Assembly (NCBI GenBank): GCA_046706745.1
Contig: JBJKPC010000003.1
Location: forward strand, 1,280 to 65,279
DNA length: 64,000 nt
Source of the DNA: Candidatus Kryptoniota bacterium
Lineage (GTDB): Bacteria > Bacteroidota > Ignavibacteria > Kryptoniales > JAKASW01
Reading direction: 5' to 3'
The notes beneath the pieces are model-generated. The model made no database searches, had not been told where the DNA came from, and saw nothing but the letters and a program-made list of their open reading frames with translations. The position numbers and the translations under genes are program-made. Positions 26,254-36,019 of this stretch are shown piece after piece (the stretch's first letter is position 1; every line of letters begins with the position of its first letter).

Positions 26254-26913
26254 TTAGGCAGATTTCATTTCCTGTCTCGCCCTGATAATACTTTCCATGA
26301 GCCGCTTGGCATTCTCCGTCAGCACTCCGTATTTTTCCGATGCTATTGCCTTTTTATCAAGCAGTGCAGATCCAACACCTACTGCACACGCACCCGACTT
26401 CAACCATTCCCCTGCGTTTGTGAGAGACACTCCACCCGTCGGCATGAGTTTCAGGTGAGGCATCGGAGCGAGAACGCCTTTGAAGAATGCCATCCCAACC
26501 ACGTCTGCGGGAAAGACCTTCACAATGTCGGCGCCGGCTTCAAAAGCGGTCTGAATCTCTGTCGGTGTAAACGCCCCCGGCATTGCCGGAACGTCGTTTC
26601 GGTGAGCCGCCTCCACTATCTCCCTCTTGAAGATCGGGCTCACGACATATCTTGCACCCGCATCGATGGCCTTCTGCGCAGTCACGGCATCGAGCACCGA
26701 GCCGACTCCGACATTCATGTAACTCCCGATTTCCCTGCTAGCCTTTTCGATCACGCTTATCGCATTGGGAACTGTCATAGTAATTTCTATTCCGGATACA
26801 CCGCCATTGTAAATAGCTTCCGCTACTCTGATTAGCTTATTCGAATCGGCAAGCCTGATCACCGCAACTGCTCCCGCTTCGATAACTCTATTGAGGGTTT
26901 CCTGTTTGTTCAT
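26254..26913 (-). CDS. eda: KDPG / 4-hydroxy-2-oxoglutarate aldolase
   Basis: AVAVIRL...GGVSGIEITMTVPNA...VGVGSVLD...PGAFTPTEI..A.EAGADIVKVFPA..., the typical Eda pattern. Confidence 0.9.
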   Translation of the reverse strand: MNKQETLNRVIEAGAVAVIRLADSNKLIRVAEAIYNGGVSGIEITMTVPNAISVIEKASREIGSYMNVGVGSVLDAVTAQKAIDAGARYVVSPIFKREIVEAAHRNDVPAMPGAFTPTEIQTAFEAGADIVKVFPADVVGMAFFKGVLAPMPHLKLMPTGGVSLTNAGEWLKSGACAVGVGSALLDKKAIASEKYGVLTENAKRLMESIIRARQEMKSA

Positions 26914-27082
26914 TTCAATTCCTCTGCAGGTTCATGTAAGTCATGCGCACCCTTACTTCCGTACGGGAGAATGCTCGTCGGGCCACTGCTAAGATAACAA
27001 ATCCGGAGGAGACGACATCGTTCGTCCTGTACTGATGCAGGGGGTAAATCTCTGCTTATTTCGCGACGGAGCCCAGTGCGGT

Positions 27083-28105
27083 CTATTTTTTGACGCAAGT
27101 ATCGCGTATCACGAGTTCAGTCGGTATTTCTATGTGTTTGGGAAGACATTCATCCGATTCGCGAATCTGTTCGACGGCCAGATCGACTGCCGCTTTACCG
27201 ATAGCTGCAGTGGGTTGGTCGACATAGCTAAGCGCAGGTTTCAGGAATTTGTTGATGCTCGCGCTTCCAAAACAAATCAAGTCTATATCGTCTGGGATCT
27301 TCATTCCGACCTCCGCAGCCGCAGCATATATGCCCAGGGCGACGGGATACGTAACCGCTAGAATGAACTCGGGAATTCTCCCGCTCTTATAGAGCTTCAT
27401 GAAGCCGTCATAGCCGTCATCCTCCCCAAAGCCGCCGTACACGACCCAATCCGGATCTATTGGGAGTACGTGTCGGGTCATGGCTTCGGCGTACCCATCA
27501 TAACGTCTCCTGCCGATGTTGCTCTCGCGGTATCCCCCGATGTATGCTATCTTCGTATAGCCGTTGTCTATCGCGAGCTCGATTGCCTTAAAAGCTCCAC
27601 CTTTATCATCGACAGTAACCTGACTGGTCCCTTCAATCTCCATCACCCTGTCCATAAAAACCAGCGGCACATTCCGGCTAACGACTTTTTCGAAAATGGC
27701 TTTGTCCCTCGTCTGCTGACTGATAGAGATGATAAGTCCATCGACTCTCATTGCCATCAAAGTTTCGATATGCTTTCGCTCCCTTTCGTAATTCTCCTGA
27801 GAAACTGTCAGAGCGATATCGAAATTGTTGTAAAAGGCATTATCGTAGATAGATTCAATGATCGAACTGAAAAAGAAGTGTGCAATCTTCGGCACCACGA
27901 CACCGATCGTATTGGATTTCCTCGATGAAAGGTTTCTCGCCGCGAAGTTCGGAGTGTAGCCGAGCACCTCGGCGACTTTCTCAACACGTTTTGTTGTCTC
28001 GCGCGAAATATCCGGGTGTCCCCTGAGCGCCTTCGAAACCGTTACCTTCGAGACGTTAAGCTGTTTCGCAATGTCATTCAACGTGACATGAGGTTTCCTG
28101 TTCAA
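27083..28105 (-). CDS. LacI-family transcriptional regulator
   Basis: The N-terminal HTH is VTLNDIAKQLNVSKVTVSKALRGHPDISRETTKRV, followed by a periplasmic-binding-protein-like sugar domain. Confidence 0.9.
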   Translation of the reverse strand: MNRKPHVTLNDIAKQLNVSKVTVSKALRGHPDISRETTKRVEKVAEVLGYTPNFAARNLSSRKSNTIGVVVPKIAHFFFSSIIESIYDNAFYNNFDIALTVSQENYERERKHIETLMAMRVDGLIISISQQTRDKAIFEKVVSRNVPLVFMDRVMEIEGTSQVTVDDKGGAFKAIELAIDNGYTKIAYIGGYRESNIGRRRYDGYAEAMTRHVLPIDPDWVVYGGFGEDDGYDGFMKLYKSGRIPEFILAVTYPVALGIYAAAAEVGMKIPDDIDLICFGSASINKFLKPALSYVDQPTAAIGKAAVDLAVEQIRESDECLPKHIEIPTELVIRDTCVKK

Positions 28106-28183
28106 GGTAAAGCTCCTTTAGTCATCACCCACAACTTGACCGGCTACCGTGTGATATTACGAAATGCACGCACTATTTCATAG

Positions 28184-28211
28184 GCCTGCCCGCCGTCTGA
28201 AAGAGGCAGGC
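28184..28211 (-). terminator. 7-bp GC stem-loop just downstream of uxaC (weak terminator candidate)
   Basis: GCCTGCC (28184..28190) pairs with GGCAGGC (28205..28211), 6 nt after the uxaC stop. There is no clear U-tract. Confidence 0.35.
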
Positions 28212-28216
28212 TCCCG

Positions 28217-29641
28217 TCACAGCTTGTATGCTTTCTTCGCCAGTCCGTATGCCAGTGCCTTGCTCATCGAACTCGCATCATCCATATCAATTATGTGCCT
28301 GACCACCAATCCCGCAAGGAAATTCGAATCCATCCTTCTTGCCAGATCATGTCGGGCGGGGATAGACAGGAACGCTCGGGTGTCGTCGGTGAATCCAACC
28401 GTGTTGTAAATGCCCGCAGTCTCGGTGACGCTCTGTCTATACCTCGTCATGCCCTGGATACTATCGTGGAACCACCACGATGCCCCCAGCTTCACTGCCG
28501 GATAATGCCCTGCGATCGGCGCAAGTTCACGAGAATAAACCGTCTCATCGAGCGTGAACAAAACCAAGGTGAACTTCATGTCGTTGCCGAATTCGTTTAG
28601 CAACTCCTGCATGTTTATCGTGTACTCCGATCGAATCGGAATATCCCCGCCCTTGTCGAGACCGAACCTGTCGAACACAGGCTTGTTGTGATTCCTGAGC
28701 GCTCCCGAATGTATCTGCATGACAAGACCGTCGTCGACGCTCATCCGAGCCATCTCCATGAGCATATTTGCAGTAAACGCTGCCGAATCTTTCACGGTCG
28801 CTTGTCCTTTGAAGGCACGCTGGAATATAGCGTCTGCTTCGGCTTCCGACAGTCTGTGAGCATACGGACTCTCGACTCCCTGGTCGGTCGACACCGCACC
28901 GAATTTTTTGAAATATTCCCTCCGATTCTCGATAGCTCTTATATAGCTTCTGTAATCATTTATCTCTATACCGGATACCTTGCTCACGGCCTCAATTTCT
29001 TTTTTCCACGTTTTCGAAGCGATGTTAACAACCGAATCCGGCCTGAGACACGGGATCACCCGTCTCTTCCAGCCCGACTCCTTCAGCTTGCCGTGATATG
29101 TTAGAGGATCGGACGGACTATCGGTAGTGGTGAGAACCTCTATGTTGAACTTTTCGAACAAAGTCTTGGGGAGGAAGTCTTTGGTTTTCAGCTTCTCAAC
29201 TATCCTGTCATAGATTTCCATGGCGGATTTCGAATCGAGCTTCTCATCAATTCCAAAGATCTCGGCAAGCTCGTGGTTGAGCCACACGCCTGTCGGAGTT
29301 CCGGCGAAGAGATAGAAGTTATCGGCAAATATCTGCCATATCTTTCGGTGATCCTTCTCCACCGGTGTGCCGTCGACTGTAGGAATCCCCAGCGATTCCA
29401 GGGGTATACCCTGTGAGTAGAGCATCCGAAATATGTAATGATCGGGAATGATGATAAGTTCGGTCGGATCGGGAAAAGGCTGATTGTCCGCCAGGAGTTT
29501 GGCCTCGACGTGACCGTGAGGACTGATTATGGGCAGATCCTTCACATTCGAGTAAAGCTCATATGCGGTTTTCCTGATCGCCTCGTCGGGATCGAAGAAA
29601 CGATATTCGTCAAGTAAGTTATTCTTCATTTTAGACTGCAC
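28217..29641 (-). CDS. uxaC: glucuronate (uronate) isomerase
   Basis: FFDPDEAIRKTAYELYSNVKDLPIISPHGHV... and the overall length are typical of UxaC. The start could be Met5 (29629). Confidence 0.9.
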   Translation of the reverse strand: MQSKMKNNLLDEYRFFDPDEAIRKTAYELYSNVKDLPIISPHGHVEAKLLADNQPFPDPTELIIIPDHYIFRMLYSQGIPLESLGIPTVDGTPVEKDHRKIWQIFADNFYLFAGTPTGVWLNHELAEIFGIDEKLDSKSAMEIYDRIVEKLKTKDFLPKTLFEKFNIEVLTTTDSPSDPLTYHGKLKESGWKRRVIPCLRPDSVVNIASKTWKKEIEAVSKVSGIEINDYRSYIRAIENRREYFKKFGAVSTDQGVESPYAHRLSEAEADAIFQRAFKGQATVKDSAAFTANMLMEMARMSVDDGLVMQIHSGALRNHNKPVFDRFGLDKGGDIPIRSEYTINMQELLNEFGNDMKFTLVLFTLDETVYSRELAPIAGHYPAVKLGASWWFHDSIQGMTRYRQSVTETAGIYNTVGFTDDTRAFLSIPARHDLARRMDSNFLAGLVVRHIIDMDDASSMSKALAYGLAKKAYKL

Positions 29642-29669
29642 TCTCTTTCAGACTTTATAATAACAGAAG

Positions 29670-29906
29670 TCAGACAATTTCACGGCTCAACGGACCAATG
29701 CATCCATCATTTGCCTGCGACGGGCGCCGCAAGGATGAAAGCGCGGCGGCCCTGAAGTATTTGCCGGACAGATAGCCATCATCAGCGCGTTTTGCAAACG
29801 CGTAAACAAACCTCGCGGAAGTCGCAGGTTCGATATGACTACCCTTTTTGCCCGCTTCATCGATGACCTGATACCACAAATTAGTCCGCATGTCCTGATA
29901 TTTCAA
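29670..29906 (-). pseudogene. fragment of a GH105-type unsaturated rhamnogalacturonyl hydrolase (YteR-like) gene
   Basis: The 78-codon ORF KYQDMRTNLWYQVIDEAGKKGSHIEPATSARFVYAFAKRADDGYLSGKY matches the GH105 block KYQD..TGLWYQVLD....N..E.S.S..FVYAL.KG...GYL...Y. A full enzyme is about 370 aa. Upstream (29907..30300) I find only broken frames. Confidence 0.45.
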
Positions 29907-30446
29907 TAAAGTGGACTTAATTTCCGCCTAAGAATTCCTCCACCTCGGGTCTTTCAAAGTATTTCGGGCGCGACAAAGTGGAGCTGTCTTCGATTCCTCG
30001 GCGCGATCCCCCATAAGTGCGAACTGCTTCACGACGAGTACGATGGGGGAATGATATTTTCTCAAGTTCGCTGGGTACCCGTCTTTCTTCTGGAACGACA
30101 CGACGACGGAAGACTAGTGACTCTCGAAGCAGCAAGCTAACCGTCGGCTGGACCGGTAAGCGCTCCGAATGTCTTCTACTGCTGCCGGGTCTTCTTCCTA
30201 GGGTAATTTCGATGAAAGTGTCGACGGCAACCAGCCTTCAAAGAAATGGTTTCTCACCGTTTTTCGGCCTACGGATCCCTACAGACAAAAAAAAGCGGAG
30301 AACCTGAAAGCGTGTAGGATCACCTCAGGAACTCCGCGTTTATGGCATATGAGATGTATCTTAGGGAGAAGCATTCTCTGCCAAACTTGAAAGAACAAGT
30401 AATCAATCGGGAAAAACGGTAAATGAGCAAGCAGCTCCGCTTTTCA

Positions 30447-31862
30447 TTACCGTCCTCGAAAAAAGATGAACCATGTCGCGAACAGAACCGGAAGTAGAAT
30501 AGGCAGAGCATACTTCAATATGTATGACACGAATGACGGGCACTCGACTCCCGCCTGTTCGGAAATACTCTTTACCAGAAAGTTGGGTCCGTTTCCGATA
30601 TACGTCATCGCACCGAAGAACACTGCCCCTATGGAAACGGCCTGCACGATGATCGCCCTGGTGCCGAGAAGGTAAGCTGTCGAGACCTGATTCATCGTGA
30701 CATTGCCTGTGGCCATGCTTGAAGCGTGATACTTCATCATGACTGCAACGGTGCTCCGCGCTGCCCCGCCGGAGCCGCCGTGCAGTACCGCAGGTCCGTG
30801 AACGCGTATCGCATCATAGATGTGCTGGACCACTCCATGGTTCACGAATACTCCGAAGGCCGCACTTAGGAAATTCAGATACGTCGGAGTGTTGTCGAGA
30901 ACCGACGACAGCGACCCGGTTGCCCAGTAGAACTGCCCCGCGTTCTCGAGGCCGAATCTCGCGGCATTCTGGCTTATCCATTCGAGGGCGGGAACCATAG
31001 TCATGAAGATGCCGATGAATAATATCGCGACTTCCTTTATCGGTACGAAATTGAAGTCGTTCTTCCGGTGAATATCCGAGCTCGTGGTGAAGTACGAGCC
31101 CGCGGCCGCCGCGATCATTATTAATTCCCTAAGAAAGAGCGGATGCTGAATAAAAACCGCGACAAGTACGATCAGGAGGAAGACGATGTTATGCAGACCG
31201 GTTATTTCACCCTCTTCTCCCATCTCCTCAGCAAATTCCCTTTGTACCTTGTTCAGCCTCGCAAATTCTCTGCGGTCGATAACATAAAATACTGCAAGAA
31301 TGGCTGCAACTGCGAACATCCACATATACCAAAGATTCGCAACAGACCAGAAGAACGGTATTCCTTTTAGGTAACCGATAAAGAGCGGGGGATCACCGAT
31401 CGGGGTGACCGCACCGCCGATATTGCTGACGATGAATATGAAGAATATCACGTGGTATGGTTTAATGCGGTACTTGTTTACTCTTACGAACGGTCGAATC
31501 ATAATGATCGATGCTCCGGTCGTGCCGACAAGATTCGCTACCAGAGCCCCTATGGCCAGGAAAATCACGTTAGTCGCCGGTCTGGACCTGCCGCGAAGAC
31601 GTATGTGAATTCCACCCGCTATGACGAACAGCGAACCGATCAGGGCAATGAAGCTTATGTATTCGAATCCCGACTCCAGCAGCGGCGCAGTTCTATGAAG
31701 AAAGAACAGATAGTATACCACCGTCACGATTGCCAATCCGACTGAAACCGCCGGGTAATACTTCTCCCACCAGTCTCTCTTGAGAAGAGGGAGCGCGGCT
31801 ATGCAAACGAGAAGGATAACGAACGGGATAGCCGCCCAGGCAGGAATCGCGGCGGACTGCAC
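30447..31862 (-). CDS. polytopic ion transporter (ArsB/NhaD-superfamily, usually annotated sodium:proton antiporter)
   Basis: 471 aa and highly hydrophobic. IPFVILLVCIAALPLL...WWEKYYP and GDPPLFIGYL are motifs I associate with this family. The exact substrate is unknown. Confidence 0.75.
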   Translation of the reverse strand: MQSAAIPAWAAIPFVILLVCIAALPLLKRDWWEKYYPAVSVGLAIVTVVYYLFFLHRTAPLLESGFEYISFIALIGSLFVIAGGIHIRLRGRSRPATNVIFLAIGALVANLVGTTGASIIMIRPFVRVNKYRIKPYHVIFFIFIVSNIGGAVTPIGDPPLFIGYLKGIPFFWSVANLWYMWMFAVAAILAVFYVIDRREFARLNKVQREFAEEMGEEGEITGLHNIVFLLIVLVAVFIQHPLFLRELIMIAAAAGSYFTTSSDIHRKNDFNFVPIKEVAILFIGIFMTMVPALEWISQNAARFGLENAGQFYWATGSLSSVLDNTPTYLNFLSAAFGVFVNHGVVQHIYDAIRVHGPAVLHGGSGGAARSTVAVMMKYHASSMATGNVTMNQVSTAYLLGTRAIIVQAVSIGAVFFGAMTYIGNGPNFLVKSISEQAGVECPSFVSYILKYALPILLPVLFATWFIFFRGR

Positions 31863-31929
31863 TACGCGGCCTCCATCGGATAGAATGGAAGAAAGAGGCG
31901 GCTAGCGGTTTCCACAGTGGACGAATTCA

Positions 31930-32268
31930 TCATACATTCCCCTCGGCACGATGGCGAAGCCGCCTGACGAAAGATGAGCCGTAGCCGAGCAGAACACCGG
32001 CCGATACGAGCCATTCGACGTTGCCGCGGAAGAACAGCGGACACAACACCTGTATTGCGACAAGCACTACAAGCAATACCGCCACCCTGCTCATCGAACC
32101 GGGCATCGCCGCCCAGCCTGTCCCCAGATTTCCTCTTTCACTTCGCTTCTCATTTTTTGCCAGAGCGACATTCTGGAACGTACCGAACACAAAACCGATC
32201 GCTCCTCCTACCACAATCGCCGCCAGAGTTATTATCGGATCCATCATTTCATCGATCTCCCTATTCAT
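31930..32268 (-). CDS. small membrane protein, unknown function
   Basis: 112 aa with three hydrophobic segments (IITLAAIVVGGAIGFVFG, VAVLLVVLVAIQVLCPLFF, LVSAGVLLGYG). It is co-directional, between amt and the antiporter. Confidence 0.5.
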   Translation of the reverse strand: MNREIDEMMDPIITLAAIVVGGAIGFVFGTFQNVALAKNEKRSERGNLGTGWAAMPGSMSRVAVLLVVLVAIQVLCPLFFRGNVEWLVSAGVLLGYGSSFVRRLRHRAEGNV

Positions 32269-32327
32269 TAAAACGGTCTGCTGCGCGCAGGGATTCCTTC
32301 CTCACGCAGCAGGCCGCCCTTTACAAT

Positions 32328-33896
32328 TTATGATTTCTTCGGATGTGTTGTTTCCGAAAACTTGTCCATACTGAAACCGTTATATCCCAGTACTCCCATT
32401 TCGGGAATATCGAGTCCGTCGATCTCCTCTTCTATCGGCACCCGGTTGCCGACGATCTTGTCGGCCAGCTTATAGACGGCGTATGCCAGGACCGAAAGGG
32501 TGATGAAGCAGGTTACGACCCCTATCAGCTCCGCCCAGAACTGGCCGAGACCGCCGCCGTAGAAAAGGCCTTTCACATTTCCTGCGACTCCGTTCCAACC
32601 GTCGCCGTAGGTGCCGTCGGCAAAGAGACCGATCGACAGGCATCCCCACGCACCGTTCACACCGTGGACGGATATCGCACCGACCGGATCGTCTATCTTG
32701 ATTCGGTCGAAGAAGAAAACCGATTCCACAACCAGAACTCCGGCAATCAGACCGATTATCGCCGCGCCGCCGGCACTCACAAATGCCGAAGGGCCGGTGA
32801 TAGCGACCAGGCCCGCCAACATACCGTTTGCCATCATGGAAGGATCGGGCTTCTTCGTCCGGAACCACCACATCCATAACGTCGCCGCAAGCGCCCCGGT
32901 TGCACTCGCAAGCATGGTATTGACGGCGACTACGCTGATTCTCAAATCCGTACCTGCCAGGGTCGACCCCGGATTGAAACCGAACCATCCGAATGCCAGT
33001 ATGAAGGTTCCGATCACGGCCATAGGGATGCTGTGCGGCTGGACCGGGTTGATCGAACCGTCATCATTGTACTTGCCGTACCGCGGACCGATCAACCAGG
33101 CAAAGATCAGCCCGATCACGCCGCCCTGCATGTGGACAACCGACGATCCCGCAAAATCCACATAGCCGTTACCGAGACCGAAATTCACGCCAAGCTGAGA
33201 AAGCCACCCTCCTCCCCACACCCAGTTGCCGAAAATCGGATACATTATAGTACCCACGCAGGCTCCGTATATCATGAACGCGGAGAACTTCCACCGCTCG
33301 GCGGCGGCTCCCGTCGGGATTGTGGCCGTCGTGTCCATGAACACCATCTGGAACAGGAACAGGGCGAACGCCGCGACGTCATAACCTTTTCCCTGCAGAA
33401 GAAAGCCGCTCCAGCCGAGAAGCCCGAAGGACTTGCCGAACAGGTTCAGGGTTATCTCGTGACTGAGACCGGAATAACCGCCCAGGGTTCCTATAGGGCC
33501 TATTCCTCCGAACATGAAGGCGAAGCCGACGACATAGAAGCCCAGCATGCCCATCGGGTAAATCATGAAGTTCATCGCCATAGTGTGGGCAACGTTCTTG
33601 GCGCGCGTCAGTCCTGCTTCGACCATGGCAAAGCCCGCCTGCATGAACATGACGAGAAATCCGGTGATGAGCGTCCACACGAAGTTAATTGCCACGTGGT
33701 TGTGCCCGACAGCGTTACCGAGCTCCAGGAATGTTGGTGAACCCGGCTTCGCGGCAGGTACGTCCATAATGGTGCCCGTTTTCGTCCCGGACGGGTCTGG
33801 TTGGTCCGAAGCATATGCGATCGACGAAGCGGCTGCGAAGGTCATCGCGAACACGGCGGTCCAGACCAGGAACTTGCTCCTGAAAAATGACATCAT
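32328..33896 (-). CDS. amt: ammonium transporter
   Basis: 522 aa with a signal peptide, then Amt signatures (FMQAGFAMVEAG, VDFAGSSVVHMQGG, ISVHGVNGAWG). Confidence 0.95.
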   Translation of the reverse strand: MMSFFRSKFLVWTAVFAMTFAAASSIAYASDQPDPSGTKTGTIMDVPAAKPGSPTFLELGNAVGHNHVAINFVWTLITGFLVMFMQAGFAMVEAGLTRAKNVAHTMAMNFMIYPMGMLGFYVVGFAFMFGGIGPIGTLGGYSGLSHEITLNLFGKSFGLLGWSGFLLQGKGYDVAAFALFLFQMVFMDTTATIPTGAAAERWKFSAFMIYGACVGTIMYPIFGNWVWGGGWLSQLGVNFGLGNGYVDFAGSSVVHMQGGVIGLIFAWLIGPRYGKYNDDGSINPVQPHSIPMAVIGTFILAFGWFGFNPGSTLAGTDLRISVVAVNTMLASATGALAATLWMWWFRTKKPDPSMMANGMLAGLVAITGPSAFVSAGGAAIIGLIAGVLVVESVFFFDRIKIDDPVGAISVHGVNGAWGCLSIGLFADGTYGDGWNGVAGNVKGLFYGGGLGQFWAELIGVVTCFITLSVLAYAVYKLADKIVGNRVPIEEEIDGLDIPEMGVLGYNGFSMDKFSETTHPKKS

Positions 33897-33946
33897 AAAA
33901 GATCTCCTCGATGATTTTAATTTTTGAGTGAATTGAACCGGTGGCT

Positions 33947-35059
33947 CTAGAAAGTTGCCACTGCACCGATGAGCAGCGTGGGCTGCGAGGTTTTCGATAT
34001 CACGCCGTCCGACGACATGAACATCGGTCCGTTAGCGAAGTCGTCGCGAAACTCTCCGCGGAGCATCAGATTAGCGAACAGATCGTATTCGTACGTCAGA
34101 GTCACTTCTTTGAAGGTGGCGTTCGGAAACGCAGCCCCCGTGGTATAATCGTTCGGATCGAAGTATATCTCGCCGCGCAGGGCCAGATCCGACTTGCCGG
34201 TAAGTGAATATCGTCCGTATATCGCGACTCCCTTCCACGTGTTCAGGAACCCGAACACACGCTCTTCGCCGTAGTCTGCGTTCAGAGCCATGGCAAAGTT
34301 CGAGCTCAGCTGCTGAGTGACGACAAGATTGATGACATTCTTCTTGCCGTAAGGGACCGGGCCCGGCACACCTATCGTGGTCTGCTCGAAGCCGCTGATG
34401 CCGTTGAGCAATATGTCGGTAGAGGTGGCCGGTGTGTAGTTGAGAGTGAAGCCGAGTGTCTTGGATTTGTTGTTGTCTACGACTTCATTCCAGCCATTCA
34501 GTATATCGATCGTGGCGGAGAAACTACTCGAGAACGGGTAGGTGATCCGCATGCCGGTGTGGTAGAACGGAATGGCATAAGTAAACAGGAATCCCCGGGA
34601 ATAATTCCAGTTTCCGTTCGATTCGATGACTTCGTACCCCATGTGGGTGACGAACTTACCGATGTCAATGGTCAGTCCGGATCCAAGCGGAAGGATAAAT
34701 GTGAGGTATGCCTGCTCCACGTTCGAGAGTGTGCTGTAAGAGTTGTTTCCAAAAGGCGCGATTCCCTGGACGAAATCGTTTGTCGTCCCGAACGCCATGT
34801 CCATTGTCAATCCCACCGGAGAAGCCTGCTTTTTTAGGTCGATCTCCGCAAGGCTCAACCCGAACTGGTTGTCGTATATGTCGAAGTTTCTCATTCCGTT
34901 TATCTGATCGGAAGGGTGATTGAAGTTTTCGCTGTAGTACACATCGACAAGTCCGCTCCATGTGATGCCGGACGTGATACTGGAATCTGCCGCGAAGGCG
35001 CTTGCCCAAATGAGCAGCGAGGCGGCGAGCAGTGAAATAGTGTAGACGGTTCCCTTCAT
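33947..35059 (-). CDS. outer-membrane porin encoded between glnK and amt
   Basis: The signal peptide MKGTVYTISLLAASLLIWASAFAAD is followed by beta-strand-like alternation and a C-terminus LLIGAVATF. The start is taken at M61 of the track ORF, whose upstream part overlaps glnK. Confidence 0.8.
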   Translation of the reverse strand: MKGTVYTISLLAASLLIWASAFAADSSITSGITWSGLVDVYYSENFNHPSDQINGMRNFDIYDNQFGLSLAEIDLKKQASPVGLTMDMAFGTTNDFVQGIAPFGNNSYSTLSNVEQAYLTFILPLGSGLTIDIGKFVTHMGYEVIESNGNWNYSRGFLFTYAIPFYHTGMRITYPFSSSFSATIDILNGWNEVVDNNKSKTLGFTLNYTPATSTDILLNGISGFEQTTIGVPGPVPYGKKNVINLVVTQQLSSNFAMALNADYGEERVFGFLNTWKGVAIYGRYSLTGKSDLALRGEIYFDPNDYTTGAAFPNATFKEVTLTYEYDLFANLMLRGEFRDDFANGPMFMSSDGVISKTSQPTLLIGAVATF

Positions 35060-35087
35060 ATGTGCTCCTCGATTTATGGATAAATAA

Positions 35088-35492
<405 letters not shown>

Positions 35493-35965
35493 TTAACATA
35501 TGCGCCCATTTTGTATTAGTAAATAATCAAAACGCACCACATTTGTCAAGTAAATTAAATAAAACTTCGGATAGGCTTTAATTATTAACGTTACGTTGGA
35601 CTTGCACCCCTCGTATGAACGGAGATTTTGACCGGAAATCTAACGAGGGAGTTTCAGGTAAATTCTTGGCAGGTCTGCAAAGGGAGGAATTTGATCTCTT
35701 GATGAGATACAAATACACTTTAATAATTACGGCCAATATCTTCAGGAGCCGTCTCAGTCCAGGTCTAAGAAAGTGCTCCGAGCGCGGGAGAAGATCGACG
35801 GCGCAAACAAATGGTTGCGGAAGTGGACCAGCGGGCGGACCGATGCTTCATCGCGGCATGGCACAATTGAGTGTCGCACAATGGGGACACGATGACGGCT
35901 TCCATCGGAAGTCCGTAGCCGGAGTCGAGAATTATCGAAGTCGCCTTAGGAGGGAAGGTCGCCAC

Positions 35966-35994
35966 CCCCGGCACGATCGCTGGTCGTGCCGGGG
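35966..35994 (-). terminator. 11-bp perfect GC-rich stem-loop 26 nt downstream of the tricorn-like protease gene
   Basis: CCCCGGCACGA (35966..35976) pairs with TCGTGCCGGGG (35984..35994) around a 7-nt loop. On the minus strand the T-run is 5' of the stem, not 3', so it is an atypical terminator. Confidence 0.4.
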
Positions 35995-36019
35995 AAAAGC
36001 GATTACAAGCTCAAGGAGG

